A stretch of DNA of 64,000 nucleotides from Eledone cirrhosa (GCA_964016885.1 OZ024765.1:11346001-11410000), one strand, 5' to 3'. Counted from the first letter of the stretch, positions 44,135 to 59,790 are shown. Notes: generated by a model not told the origin, from the letters alone. Made by a program: numbers and translations.

Positions 44135-44509
44135 ATATATATATATATATATATATATCCATCTTATCTATCTAAAGAGAAAGCTCTCTCTCTCTCTCTG
44201 TTGTATATGGAGACAGAAAGTCCGTTCTTTCCATGCTATCTATCTGCCTGTCTCTCTCTCTCTCTCCATCTATCTATCTATATACCAATCTCTCTATCTG
44301 TCTGTCTCTATATACCCATTTCTCTATCTATCTCTATATTTATATTTTTTACACGACTGTATATAAAATCCCCGGCAAGTCCTTGTATTGTCCCCTTTTC
44401 TTGTGCGCCCTTGTGGCAAATAAAGAAATATATCTATAACTATTTATCTATCTATCTATCTCTATATACCCACTTCTCTATCTACCTATCTATCTGTCAT
44501 TTATCTATG

Positions 44510-44935
44510 GTCAGACACCTTTATCTCCGGCCAACAACTGATTCTTTTTTTTCAAATCCCACTTTGGAAGAAGAGTCAGGGTGGAGAGAGGGGTGCTGTA
44601 CCCCAGCAAGTTTTATGAAAGGTGGGTGAAAGTAGCGAGAATGGCCCGAGTGAATGGGCCTTCTCTCGATATCAGCCTGTAGGTTGAGGAAAAAGAGGAG
44701 GAGAGGAAAGGAGTACAAACTCTTCGTACTCCTGGAGATGAGGGTTGCACATTTTTTTTCGAGGGTATGTGTTACCCATATGTAATGTCTCCCCCTATTG
44801 GGGGAAAATCGACTAATTTTTAAATTACATTTGTGATAATATTTTACACATTTTTATTGTATGTAAACTTCCCCCTTTGTATTTGTGCCCTTCTTTTGTG
44901 CCCCTGCGGCTAATAAAGAAACATATCTGTCATTT
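44510..44935 (+). mobile_element. Tx1/L1-group 3' end in (TATC)n
   Basis: Closely similar to 24670-25090. Confidence 0.7.
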
Positions 44936-45256
44936 ATCTATCTATCTCTACCTATCTACTTAACTGTCAGCCTGTCTGTCTCAATCAATCCGTCTAACTT
45001 TACCTGTCCACGCTTCTATTCCATTCATCTATCATTTATCTGTCTCGCTCTCCCCCCTTTTCATCCCCATCTCACCCTTTTTATGCTTTCGTTATCTATC
45101 TATATCTAACTATCTCTTTCTCTCTATACATCCATCTATCTACACATCTATAAATCTGTATATCTATCCCACGCATGTCTTTTTTTTCTTTCCATCTCTG
45201 TATTTGTCTGTTTATCTCTTCTTCTTCGTCTACTTTCTCTGTTTACATTGCATCCA

Positions 45257-45314
<58 letters not shown>

Positions 45315-45320
<6 letters not shown>

Positions 45321-45424
45321 TAAAATAACAGATTAAAGTTTTTTTTATTAAAATAACAACGGTTCTTATATATTTGATATATATTTATCCTTATCGAGCC
45401 CTCTTTGGATTTTAGTCTTCAAAT

Positions 45425-45482
<58 letters not shown>

Positions 45483-45597
45483 CCGTAGAGCAAATATTTA
45501 TTAAAATAACAGATTAAAGTTTAAGCAAAGAATCGCTGCTTTCACCCTTAACGGGATCTTCTGAAACTCCTTATCAAGCCCTCTGGATTTTAGTCTT
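45315..45597. mobile_element. Two family G PLE-like remnants; hammerhead at 45518-45568 (-)
   Basis: agttt CAGAAGA tccc-gttaa-gggt GAAA gca..tgc TT aaact on the minus strand; (TA)n flanks. Confidence 0.7.
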
Positions 45598-46191
45598 GAG
45601 TTCAAATCCCGCCGAGGTTAACTTTGCCTTTCATCCTTACGCGGGTCGATAAAATAAAGTACCAGTAATGTACTGAGTAATTGCTGGCCTTGTGCCAAAA
45701 GTAGAAACAATTATATTATATATATATATATATATATATTCTATAAATCAATCAGTATGTAATAAATATCTATTTCTTTACCGTTCTATCTAACTATATT
45801 CTCTCTTCTTTCCCTGTGTATTTGTATGACTTTATGTATACATACATACATACATACATACATACATACGTACGTACATACATACATACATACGTACATA
45901 CGTACGTACATACAAATATATGTATGTATGTATACAAACAAATACTAACAAATATATAGACACATACATCGGTATATAGATGTGAGTAAAAATCAAAAGA
46001 GCAATCAACGCATGATATCGAAGTATGTGTGTGTGTATATATATATGTGTGTGTATATATATATATGTATATGTGTGTGTGTGTGTATATATATGTGTGT
46101 GTGTGTATATATGTGTGTGTGTGTATATATATATATGTGTGTGTGTGTATATATATGTATATATGTGTGTGTGTGTGTGGGGGGGGGTGTC

Positions 46192-46249
<58 letters not shown>

Positions 46250-46667
46250 AGTATATATATATATGTGTGAGTATATATATATATGTGTGAGTATATATAT
46301 ATATGTAAACAGCTTGACTGGTGCAGAACCCGTGGTGTACAGACGTAAACACGTTTACCACGTTCAAATGCCTGTGGTAGTGTAAGACTAAATGTTAGCT
46401 TAAAATATACACACACACATGTATGTATATGTGTGTGTGTATGTACATTTATGTATGTATGTGCGTATATATATATATATATATATATATATACCGTTAC
46501 TTGATGGTGATATTGTATTACAGGTACTGTCACATATGTGTATATGTATGTAATACATACATATACACACGTATATATATATATGTGTGTGTGTGTGGGT
46601 GGGTGTATGTTTGTGTGTATATATATATGTGTGTGTGTGCGTGTGTGTATGTGTGTATGTATATATA

Positions 46668-46765
46668 CCGGCTGTCCAAAAACATGTATACACACTTTGA
46701 TTACCTGTACAGGATATATTTATTAGAATCCAGTCTAGGTGTATACATTTTTGGGGGACACCGTG
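46668..46765. mobile_element. Tc1/mariner-type MITE
   Basis: Imperfect TIRs ccggctgtccaaaaacatgtatacac / gtgtatacatttttgggggacaccgtg after TA; partial copy at 48316-48373. Confidence 0.6.
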
Positions 46766-46766
46766 A

Positions 46767-46805
<39 letters not shown>

Positions 46806-46855
46806 CATACACACGCACACACACACACATATATATATATATATACATACACACG

Positions 46856-46887
<32 letters not shown>

Positions 46888-46978
46888 CATACACACGCAC
46901 ACACACACACATATATATATATATATACATACACACGCACACACACACACACACATATACATATATATATATACATAC

Positions 46979-47458
<480 letters not shown>

Positions 47459-47577
47459 ATATATATATATATATATATAATACATGTATATATATGCATG
47501 AAGAACTGTGAAACCGGTAAAGGAAATAAATAAATATTCTTAAAAAGAGTCCAGTTGCATTTTCGATTTATATATAT

Positions 47578-47851
<274 letters not shown>

Positions 47852-47858
47852 CTATTAC

Positions 47859-47959
47859 CGTCAGATGCCTTGTTTTGAACGCGAACAAGTCTGCTCCAAA
47901 AACCTGTTTTATCCCCGAAGTCCAAAGAACCGCTATCCACCTCCGCCCCCTTACACACA
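47859..47959 (-). CDS. Candidate 101-nt exon (V)[33 protein letters not shown]
   Basis: T-rich tract ending tgtgcag; donor ACG|gtaata; phase 1 to phase 0 fits both neighbours. Confidence 0.35.
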
Positions 47960-48432
47960 CTGCACACAATAACAAGTATAAAAAGAACAACAACAACAAA
48001 CATAAAACAATCACATCCTTCAAAATCCTAGCTAAACATTCCTAGCATAACAACAAACCTACCCTAATTACTGAAATGGGAGCAACAGACCTCATCAGGC
48101 TATAGCTGCCGTAGTAACTGGTTTCTGTATTCGCGGCATATAGTTTTGTTCGGTCCTGTACGTTCTTAAGATGTCGATAATATAGAGTACCAGTAATGCA
48201 CTGGTCTCAATTTAATTATAATTTATACTTTCCTTCTTTCGTAGGGGTGCCATATTGACATACAACAGGGGTGTGCAACATATTCCAATGGCGGGCCACT
48301 TTTGAACATTGGAACTTTGATTACCTGTACAGGCAATATATATTAGAATGCTGTTGAAGTGTGTATACATTTTACATACATACATACATACACATACACG
48401 CACGCACACGCACATATATATATATATACACG

Positions 48433-48482
<50 letters not shown>

Positions 48483-48499
48483 TATATATTTATATATAA

Positions 48500-49710
48500 C
48501 GAATTCCGGGGTCGATTTAATCGACATTCTCCTCCCCCTTAATTGCTGGTCTTGTGTGTAAATCAGAAACAATTATTACGCGGTGGATTGGCAGTATCGG
48601 TAGAGAGTCAGACGCCATGCTTTGCAGCATAGAGTTACGGTCTTTTACGGAATGAGTTCAAATCCCGCCGAGGTTAACTTTGCTTTTCATCCTTACGTTG
48701 TCGATAAAATAAAGTACCAGTAATGCACTGGTTATTGCTGACCTTGTGCCAAAAGTAGAAACAATTATTACTCTTGTCTATATGATGTCTGCAAGTCTCA
48801 TTTGGCCTCTTACGTAATGTACAAATTCAATGCCGTGGATATAAAATTCTATACACGTAACTTTTATTTCGTTTTATTATCGTCCTAAAATCCCAAGGAC
48901 AGTTTTTGACACTACTGTGGCCCCTAGATGGAAGCAGTTCTGAATTAGGGACCAAATTTGGTCAATTTAGTTGTAGTGATTAGTTTAACTGTAAAATGGT
49001 CAGAAAACTTCGATATGTGATAGACATAACATGTACCGTACATAAATTGTAGCGCATATACAAATAGATGTGTATTTTGGTAGTTTGGGGAGAAAATATA
49101 ATTATTGGAAGGATCATGGCTCACATGGCCCCAGTTCCACCTTCCCTGTACCCTGACCCCGAGATGAACCAGCAGTACCGTCAACAGGGGTTGAAATTCT
49201 GTACGTTCATTACAACGGACGATGACCACAGAATTTGTAATTGTTACGTATTTAGCTTTGCCTTACATCCTTACGGGGTCGATAAAATAAGTACCAGTAA
49301 TGTACTGGTGTCAATTTAATTGACTTTCCTCTCCCCCAAAATTGCTGGCATTGTGCCAAAGAAACAATTTTTATGGTTTAGATAGCGGTTGATTAGCAGA
49401 ATCGGTAGAGCGTCGGACAACATTGTTTGTGGTATATAGTTGCGTTTATTCACGTTCTGAGTTCAAATCCCGCCGAAGTTAGCTCTGCCTTTCGTCCTTA
49501 AGGGGTCGATAAAATGAAGTATCAGTAACGTACTGGTTCGATTTAATTGACTTTTCCCTTCCTCAAATTGCTGGCCGTGTGCCTAAAGTTGAAATCATTA
49601 TTATTTAACTTTGCCTTTCATCCTTACGGGGTCGATAAAATAAAGTACCAGTAATGTACTGGATAATTTCTGGCCTTGTGCCAAAAGTAGAACAAATTAT
49701 TATGGTTAAG
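48500..49710 (+). mobile_element. Cluster of Nin-like SINEs plus dispersed repeat 48990-49250
   Basis: Repeated gagttcaaatcccgccgaggtt..gtcgataaaat motifs. Confidence 0.8.
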
Positions 49711-49853
49711 AAATGGGTTTAAACATTCGTTAATTTAACTACAAGAGTTCTGTATTTCGGCATATTTGACAAATATCTTCTGCTACGGTCTCAAGTTGAC
49801 CAGTAGTACGATGTGAGTAGAAATTTGACAGACGAAAAGCCTTATTAACTTAC

Positions 49854-49917
49854 CTAGCTTTTGATCTCGTGTTTTTTTTAAGCAAGTCCAATACAACAAG
49901 CAAGCATTCGCCATCAT
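49854..49917 (-). CDS. Candidate first coding exon MMANACLLYWTCLKKTRDQKL
   Basis: Consensus donor TAG|gtaagt; unique-sequence island. Confidence 0.3.
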
Positions 49918-50639
49918 AGTAAATTTTCCAGGGAGCTTACTGTATCTTTCCAACAGGTTCCTGTGCGTCCCAGTTACTCCGGCAATGTTCAGTGCCAGGT
50001 GCTTTGTATTTTTTTTTTTTTTAACTTTTTTTTTCGGACGTCCTGCCCATTTTCTATTCACCGGTGTTGACTATATTGCAGTCCTTGTTTACGAAGTGCC
50101 CTGGCAGGTTGGAGAAATGTGACCCGAGTGATGTAGTAACCACGGTGTTTTGCAGTGGCTGGAACTTGCTTCAAATGAATTTTCTTCCCAAGTAACCTTG
50201 ATGATTTTCCGGAGACAATGTTGGTGGACAGAACTTCAGCAAGTTTCAAAACTTATTTAATATTCATAAGTCTCTGCAGATAAATACAGCCCCCAAAAAG
50301 AAAAATGTGAGGAATACTAATCGTTTCTACTTTTGGCACAAGGCCAGGAACTATCTCAGTACATTACTGGTACTTTCTTTTATCGACCCCGTAAGGATGA
50401 AAGGCAAAGTTAACCTCGACGGGATTTGAACTCGGGGCCGTAAAGGGGCGTAACTCTATGTTGCAAAGCATGGCGTCCGACCCTCTACCAATACTGCCAA
50501 AGGAATAATAATGGAGAAAAAAAAACGGAAAGGGGGTAATAAACGTGTGTGGGTGGAAGGAAGACCCCACACACTCAATTATATACCATAACAAGGAGCT
50601 CTGGGGCATCCCTCTGATAATATTTGCACAATAATAAAT

Positions 50640-50715
50640 TTGGGTCTCCATTTTGGTGATGTCTAGATAGTTTTGTGCATGCGCTGAGCTATAGCTTCCG
50701 CCATACCAATTCTGC
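50640..50715. promoter_or_regulatory. Possible promoter motif cluster (YY1-, NRF1-, ETS-like, CCAAT)
   Basis: ccattttgg, gtgcatgcgc, cttccg and ccaat within 70 bp upstream of the candidate exons. Confidence 0.25.
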
Positions 50716-50914
50716 TGTTCCCGTCATTTCTGAGAGGACCAGTCGCCCAAGGAAAAAGGGAGCACTGACTGACACTGTCCCCTCGTTCAAACTTTCAAAT
50801 GTGTCCCTTAGATTTAGAAAATAGGGTTTATAAAAAAAAAAAATAATAATACGATAAAATAAAATAAAACACGTCGTTAAATTTTTATTTTATTTTTTTC
50901 TTATTACACAAGTT

Positions 50915-51605
50915 GAGGTTAGCTTTGCCTTTCATCCTTACGGGGTCGATAAAATAAAGTACCAGTAACGAACTGGGGTCGATTTAATTGACTTTACCCT
51001 CCCCCCAAAAATTGCTGGCTTTGTGCCTAAATCAGAAACCATTGAGAGTTACGGCCCTTTGCGGTTTGAGTTGAAATCCTGTCGAGGGAAACTTTGCCTT
51101 TCATCCTGGCGGGTTGGATAAAATAAGGTACCAGTAATGCACTGGGTCGATTTGATCGACTTTCCATCCCCCGAATGTGTTGACCATCTACCTAAATCAG
51201 AAACCAGCAGCATCGGTAGAGCGTCGCACAATATGCTTAACAGCACAGAGTTGTGGCCCTTTACGTTCTGTGTTCAAATCCCGCCGAGGTTAGCTTTGCC
51301 TTTCATCCTTACGTGGTCAATGAAATAAAGTACCAGTAATACACTACTGGGGTCGATTTAATCGACTTTCCCTCTCCCAAATTTGTTGGCCATCCGCCAA
51401 AATCAGAAACCAGGATTGGCAGTATCGGTAGAAGGTCGGACGCCATGCTTTGACGCATAGAGTTACGGCCCTTGCCGTTTTGAGTTCAAATCGTGCCAAG
51501 GTTAACTTTGCCTTTCATCTTTACGGAGGTCAATAAAATAAAGTACCAGTAATGCACTGAGATGAGATAATTGCTGGCCTTGTGCCAAAAGTTGAAACAA
51601 TTATT
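50915..51605 (+). mobile_element. Four tandem Nin-like SINE copies
   Basis: Head-to-tail repeats of the SINE motif. Confidence 0.85.
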
Positions 51606-51782
51606 ACACTCGTGGATGCTTTGCAATGATGAATCACCTTTATATGTACAGTGACATAGCGGTTCGACAAATAGAGATCGATAAATATATCACCTGACTA
51701 GTGTGAGTGATCGATACGATCAATTAAAAGCCATTCACGGTTGTGACTCAGAGCAAACACAGTTTGATGACTAAACGAATAT

Positions 51783-51930
51783 ATTTCACCCGTCAAGGGT
51801 GAAAGCAGCAATTCTTTGTTTAAACTTTAATCTGTTATTTGAATAAATATTTGCTCTACGGTTCTTTTATATTTGATATATATTTATCCTCTTTGGATTT
51901 TAGTCTTCATATTTATAATTATTACTATAT
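51783..51930 (+). mobile_element. Family G remnant (hammerhead 3' half plus tail)
   Basis: gggtgaaagcagcaattctttgtttaaact..ggattttagtcttc. Confidence 0.7.
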
Positions 51931-52303
51931 ATATAGAGATATATTAGATATGTCTCATTTGAAATAATACAGCCAATTTTCCACGCAATACTTTTAGTTA
52001 GCACCCCGAACACATAATTGGGAATATAATCACTTATTTCCTAATGTTTGTTGAGTGAGTTGGAATTTGGCCGGAGTATCGCTAAAAAGCTTTCTCCGAT
52101 ATTGTATTTATATATATATATATTTTGCTTTTCCATTAATATCCATGTGATATCTAATGTTTTGCAAAATGAAACTGTACAGTAAGAGCCACTCGAATAG
52201 TTAAATATTTATATTATATTTTTTAATTTTGATTAATTTTAATTGTAAATTAATTTTGATTTATTTTGAAAAATTGGTTGAATTTTACTTGTTCTGCTTA
52301 TCT

Positions 52304-52352
<49 letters not shown>

Positions 52353-52356
<4 letters not shown>

Positions 52357-52474
52357 AAAAGAGTCAGGACCCCGACGGCTGAGCTCTGGCCATTTCGACA
52401 GCTACTCTACTACCCAAAGTATCGAGTACTCTGGTGCATTATGGTCCACCTGGTTTTTTACCACTCTTCCTTCG

Positions 52475-52476
<2 letters not shown>
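52353..52476 (+). mobile_element. Family B remnant (inverted arm plus tail)
   Basis: Matches 47578-47751; (TA)n flanks. Confidence 0.75.
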
Positions 52477-52545
<69 letters not shown>

Positions 52546-52899
52546 CACACTGTATAACACCAAGTCTGGAGCCCGTAGCAAATGGCAACCGCTTTATCCG
52601 GCAGTTCCTTTATAACTGACCACACCTTCCACAAAAATAAATGTTTTATATTCCAGCTTTTGTCAATTTAAAGAATGTAAATATTTGTCATGATTTTCTG
52701 CTTAAAATAAGACGAATTGAATTGAAGGAAAAATAGTGAAAAATAGTAAATAAAACTACTTTTGTTCAAATTACCAACATTGGTGTTGTTGTTGTTGTTG
52801 TTACTGCTGTTGTTGTTACTGCTGTTGCTGTTGTTGTAGTTGTTAGTGTGGTAGCTGCAGTTGCTGCTGTTGTAGTTGTTGTTGCTGCCATCCCGACTG

Positions 52900-53490
52900 T
52901 TGTTGTTGTTAATGATATCACAACTGTTGTTGTTGTTAATGATATCACGACTGTTGTTGTTGTTAATGATATCACGACTGTTGTTGTTGTTAATGATATC
53001 ACGACTGTTGTTGTTGTTGTTAATGATATCACGACTGTTGTTGTTGTTGTTAATGATATCACGACTGTTGTTGTTGTTAATGATATCACGACTGTTGTTG
53101 TTGTTGTTAATGATATCACGACTGTTGTTGTTGTTGTTGTTAATGATATCACAACTGTTGTTGTTGTTAATGATATCACGACTGTTGTTGTTGTTGTTGT
53201 TAATGATATCACAACTGTTGTTGTTGTTAATGATATCACAACTGTTGTTGTTGTTAATGATATCACGACTGTTGTTGTTGTTGTTAATGATATCACGACT
53301 GTTGTTGTTGTTGTTGTTAATGATATCACGACTGTTGTTGTTGTTGTTAATGATATCACGACTGTTGTTGTTGTTGTTGTTGTTGTTGATATCACGACTG
53401 TTGTTGTTGTTGTTGTTGTTAATGATATCACGACTGTTGTTGTTGTTGTTGTTATTGTTAATGATATCACGACTTGTTGATATCACAGTT
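52900..53490. repeat. aatgatatcacgact(gtt)n minisatellite
   Basis: Directly visible. Confidence 0.95.
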
Positions 53491-53660
53491 GTTACTGTTG
53501 TTGTTGCTGCTGCTGCTGCTGTTTTTTTCTGCTGCTATTGCTGGTGGTGCTACAGAACAGATGATGCAGTTGTTGTTGTTGTTGCTGCTGCTGCTGTTGT
53601 TGTTATAGCAGCCGCGACTGCTGAAATTGGTGTTGGTGCTGCTATTATTGTTATTGTTGT

Positions 53661-54310
53661 TAGGGCGGTGTATTGGCAGTAACGGTAGAGCATCAGACAC
53701 CATGCTTTGCAGCATGGAGTTACGTCCCTTTGCGTTCTGAGTTCAAATCCCGCCAAGGTTAACTTTGACTTTCACCCTTACGGGATCGATAAAATAAAGT
53801 ACCAGTAATGTACTGGGGTAATTGCTGGCCTTGTGCCAAAAGTAGAAACAACTCTTGAAGTCGGCTTTGCATTTCATCTTTACGAGGTCAATAAAACAAA
53901 GTACCAGTAATGTACTGGGGTAATTGCTGGCCTTGTGCCAAAAGTAGAAACAACTCTTGAAGTCGGCTTTGCATTTCATCTTTACGAGGTCAATAAAACA
54001 AAGTACCAGTAATGTACTGGGGTAATTGCTGGCCTTGTGCCAAAAGTAGAAACAACTCTTGAAGTCGGCTTTGCATTTCATCTTTACGAGGTCAAAAAAA
54101 CAAAGTACCAGTAATGTACTGGGGTAATTGCTGGCCTTGTGCCTAAAGTAGAAACAACTCTTGAAGTCAGCTTTGCATTTCATCTTTACGAGGTCAATAA
54201 AACAAAGTACCAGTAATGCACTGGGGTCAATTTAAGCGACTTTCTCTCCCTTCCCTCCTAAAATTAATGACCGTGTGACTAAATCCGAAACAACTGCCGT
54301 TATTGAAGTT
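53661..54310 (+). mobile_element. Nin-like SINE with a 102-bp internal tandem array
   Basis: Period 102 (53849, 53951). Confidence 0.85.
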
Positions 54311-54320
54311 AGCTTTGTAT

Positions 54321-54324
<4 letters not shown>

Positions 54325-54358
<34 letters not shown>

Positions 54359-54520
54359 TATTTTATGTCCGCTTTTCCCTGCTTGCAAGGGTGGGACGGG
54401 TGCTATTTGGCACAGCATCTCTCCATACGTCACGGTCCTTCGTCATCTCCTCCGTGAGCTTCAGTGATCTGAGGTCAGCTATCACCACCTCTGCCCATGG
54501 TCTTCCTTCTACTGGGATTT
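54325..54520 (-). mobile_element. RTE family 2 3' end
   Basis: Reverse complement of the 16680-16870 segment; (CAT)n. Confidence 0.75.
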
Positions 54521-54749
54521 CTAATGGGGTTGATAAAATAAAATACCAGTAAGCTGGCTCTTAATGTCATCTTAATTATCTCTTAACAGAATCGAGTGTG
54601 TGTACTTTACTGTGGTATCATCATTATAATTTTACAGAGCCTACTGGGTGCCATTTATCATGGTATCAGATATTTTATTCTAGTATCAGCATTATCACTT
54701 TACAGAGCATACTGGGTGTAATTTATTGTGGTATCAGCACATATCAGAG

Positions 54750-55400
54750 TGGACTGGGTGTATTTTAACATGACACCATCACTATCACTTTACAGAGTGA
54801 ACTGGGTGTATTTTATCATGGTACCAGCACTACCACTTTACAGAGTGTACTGGGTGTATTTTATCATGGCACCAGCACTACCACTTTACAGAGTGTACTG
54901 GGTGTATTTTATCATGGTACCAGCACTACCACTTTACAGAGTGTACTGGGTGTATTTTATCATGGCACCAATACTATCTCTTTACAGAGTGGACTGGGTG
55001 TATATTATCATGGAACTAACACTATCTCTTTACAGAGTGGACTGGGTGTATTTTATCATGGCACCAATGCTATCACTTTACAGAGTGTAGCAGGTGCATT
55101 TTATCGGAATAACAGTACTATCAATTTACATAGTATATTGAATGTATTTTATCATTGTATCTATACTATCACTTTACAGAGTGTACCAGGTGCATTTTAT
55201 CGGAATAACAGTACTATCAATTTACATAGTATATTGAATGTATTTTATCATTGTATCTATACTATCACTTTACAGAGTGTACCAGGTGCATTTTATCGGA
55301 ATAACAGTACTATCAATTTACATAGTATATTGAATGTATTTTATCATTGTATCTATACTATCACTTTACAGAGTGTACCAGGTGCATTTTATCGGAATAT
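54750..55400. repeat. 42-bp array followed by a 96-bp array
   Basis: Periods visible in the translated repeats (14 aa, 32 aa). Confidence 0.85.
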
Positions 55401-56514
55401 CAACAATTGCTATCATAACCAGCACCAGCAACATAATAACATCATCATAATAACCACCACCACCACCACCACCATCATCACCACCGTCACCACCATCATC
55501 ACCACCGTCACCACCACCACCATCATCACCACCGTCACCACCACCACCACCACCACCGTCACCACCACCACCATCATCATCATAATAACCACCACCACCA
55601 CCATCATCATAATAACCACCACCACCACCATCATCATTATAACCACCACCACCACCATCATCATTATAACCACCACCACCACCATCATCATTATAACCAC
55701 CATCATTATAACCACCACCACCACCACCATCACCATCATAATAACCACCACCACCACCATCACCACCATCATCACCACCGTCACCACCACCACCATCATC
55801 ACCACCACCGTCACCACCATCACCACCATCATCATAATAACCACCATCACAATCATCATCATAATAACCACCACCACCATCACCACCATCATCATCATTA
55901 TAACCACCACCACCACCATCATCATTAAAACCACCACCACCACCATCATCATTATAACCACCACCACCATCATTATAACCACCACCACCACCACCATCAC
56001 CATCATAATAACCACCACCACCACCATCACCACCATCATCACCACCGTCACCACCACCACCATCATCACCACCACCGTCACCACCATCACCACCATCATC
56101 ATAATAACCACCATCACAATCATCATCATAATAACCACCACCACCATCACCACCATCATCATCATCATCATTATAACCACCCCAATTAAATAAAGCTTAC
56201 ATTTGTCCAACAACAACAGCAGCAGCAGCAGCAACAACAAGTCACCCATAACCTTTGACATTACCTTCGTTAGAAATGTGATGTCACACACAGAGAAACA
56301 GGTATATATATATATATGTCATCATCATCATCATCATCGTCGTTTAACGTCCACCTTCCACGCTAGCATGGGTTTAGACGGGAGTTGTCCCACTTGAGGC
56401 AAGATTGGTCGGGAGACCGTGTCTCGCTTGTATAGGACTGTCTGGCAGGTTTTCTACGGCTGGATGCCCTTCCTAACACCAACCACGTTTACATATATAT
56501 ATATATATATAGAG

Positions 56515-57420
56515 ATAAATGTCTTTATTAGCCACAAGGGCACAAAAAAAGGGGACAAATACAAATGGGGAGTTTACATACAGGTATATGAAAATAAAAC
56601 TATTAATAAAATAACAAATAACAATTGATATCCCCAATAGGGGGGGAGGTGTTACACAGGGGTTGTACACACCCCCGAAAAATGTACAACCCTCATCTCC
56701 AGGAGTACCAAGAGTGAGTACTCCCTTCCTCTCTTCCTCTTTTTCTTCAGCCTACAGGCTTATATAGAGAGAAGGCCCAAAATAGATAGATAGATAGATA
56801 CAGAGATTGACAGATAGCTAGATATGTTTCTTTATTAGCCACAGGGGCACAAAAGAAGGGGACAAATACAAAGGGGGGAAGATAGATAGATAGATATGTT
56901 TCTTTATTAGCCACAGGGGCACAAAAGAAGGGGACAAATACAAAGGGGGGAAGATAGATAGATAGATATGTTTCTTTATTAGCCACAGGGGCACAAAAGA
57001 AGGGGACAAATACAAAGGGGGGAAGATAGATAGATAGATATGTTTCTTTATTAGCCACAGGGGCACAAAAGAAGGGGACAAATACAAAGGGGGGAAGATA
57101 GATAGATAGATAGCTAGATATGTTTCTTTATTAGCCACAGGGGCACAAAAGAAGGGGACAAATACAAAGAGGGGAGTTTACATACAATAAAAACGTCTAA
57201 AATATTATCACAAATGTAATTTAAAAATTAGTCGATTTTCCCCAATAGGGGGAGACATTACATATGGGTAACACATACCCCCGAAAAAATGTGCAACCCT
57301 CATCTCCAGGAGTATGAAGAGTTTGTACCCCTTTCCTCTCTTCCTCTTTTTCCTCAATCTACAGGCTGATATAGAGAGAAGGCCCATTCACTCGGGCCAT
57401 TCTCACCACTTTCACCCACC
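56515..57420 (-). mobile_element. Two Tx1/L1-group 3' ends in (GATA)n; terminal 72 bp repeated 5 times
   Basis: Reverse complement of 44620-44930. Confidence 0.75.
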
Positions 57421-57519
57421 TTAGATAGATAGATAAATAGATAGACAGATAGAGAGAGAGAGAGAGAGATAGTGAGAGAGAGAGATAGTGAGAGAGAGAG
57501 AGATAGTGAGAGAGAGATA

Positions 57520-59540
57520 GACATACACACACACACAGCCCCACACACACACAGCCACACACATCCACAGCCACACAGCCACACACACATACAGCCACAC
57601 ACACTCAGCCACACAGCCACATAGCCACACACATACACAGCCACACAGCCATACAACCACACAGCCACACACAGCCACACACAGCCACACAACCACACAG
57701 CCACACACAGCCACACAACCACACAGCCACACACAGCCAAGCCACACAGCCACACACAGTCAAGCCACACACAACCAAGCCACACACAGCCACACACATA
57801 GCCACACCCATACACACAGCCACCCACAGCCACACAGCCACACACACACAGCCACACACATAGCCACAGCCATACACACAGCCACACACACCCACAGCCA
57901 CACACACATAGCCACAGCCATACACACACACACAGCCACACACATAGCCACACCCATACACACAGCCACACACACACACAGCCACACCCATACACACAGC
58001 CAAACACACACACACAGCCACACACAGCCAAACACACACACAGCCACACACAGCCACACACAGCCCAGTAACTGAGATGGCCTTCTCTGTCGTAGAATTT
58101 TATATTAATTAATTAATTAGTAATTTTATAGAATATTATTAGAATACTCGTCTCGTTAAGTGTTGGGAAAATTGGTTGAAATGATACAGCATCACCTTAG
58201 ATAGCTCTCTCTCTAACTCTCTCTATATACCTACCTCTCTCTACCTCTCTATATACCTATCTATCTCTCTCTACCTCTCTCTACCTCTCTATATACCTAT
58301 CTATCTCTCTCTACCTCTCTATATACCTATCTATCTCTCTCTACCTTTCTCTATATACCTACCTCTCTTTCTCATCTCTCTCTCTTAACCTACCTCTCTA
58401 TATACCTATCTATCTATCTCTACCTCTCTCTATACCTATCTATCTCTCTCTAACTATCTCTCTCTATCTCTCTCTGTCCCTCTACCTCTCTCTACCTCTC
58501 TATATACCTATCTCTCTCTTTCTAACTCTCTCTCTCTATCTCTCTCTGTCCCTCTATCTCTCTCTATATACCTACCTCTCTCTAACTCTCTCTCTCTCTC
58601 TCTACATCCCTATACCTACCTCTCTCTCTCTCTATCTCTCTCTGTCCCTCTAGCTCTCTCTATATACCTACCTCTCTCTGTATCTCTCTCCGTCCCTCTA
58701 CCTCTCTCTATAAACCTATCTCTCTCTATATCTCTCTATCTACCTCTCCCTATCTATCACTCTCTCTTTCCCACTTGTCTGTCTCTAACTCTCTTTCTCA
58801 CTATCTCAATGTCTTGTAACCCAAATATTTATACACACATACACACAGATATATATATACACATACACACATACACACATACACACAGATATATATATAT
58901 ACACATACACACATACACACAGATATATATACACACATACACACATACACACAGATATATATATACACATACACACATACACACATACACACAGATATAT
59001 ATATACACATACACACATACACACATACACACAGATATATATACACATACATACATACACACATACACACATACACACATATATATATACACACATACAC
59101 ACATACACACAGATATATATATACACATACACACATACACACATACACACAGATAGATATATACACATACACACATACACACATACACACAGATATATAT
59201 ATACACATACACACATACACACATACACACAGATATATATATACACACATACACACATACACACATACACACAGATATATATATACACACATACACACAT
59301 ACACACAGATATATATATACACACATACACACATACACAGATATATATACACACATACACACAGATATATATATATACACACATACACACATACACACAT
59401 ATATATATATATACACATACACACATACACACAGATATATATATATACACATACACACATACACACAGATATATATATATACACATACACACATACACAC
59501 ATACACACAGATATATATACACACATACACACAGATATAT
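57520..59540. repeat. CAGCCACA, CTCT/CTAT and CACATA minisatellites
   Basis: Directly visible. Confidence 0.9.
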
Positions 59541-59544
59541 ATAT

Positions 59545-59700
59545 AAGTTTATCCCAGGTTAATCAGGAATAACCACAGTAAGTAAGGTACTCAATACATA
59601 GCAGAGTATAAATATTTAATATAGAAATGGCTTCTACAGGACTAGAACTGTCTCATTGAGAGGAAATCATCAGGAAAGTCTTTCCTGATGATTTCCTATA
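59545..59700 (-). mobile_element. Family C element with a degenerate hammerhead (GAGAC)
   Basis: Same tail as 47285; short inverted arm. Confidence 0.7.
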
Positions 59701-59715
59701 TATAAATATATATAA

Positions 59716-59771
<56 letters not shown>

Positions 59772-59790
59772 ATATTGAATATTCCCTTTG

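Noticed and set aside
52900-53490. CRISPR-like constant repeat with variable spacers
   Set aside because: Spacers are only (GTT)n length variants; eukaryotic context; no cas genes
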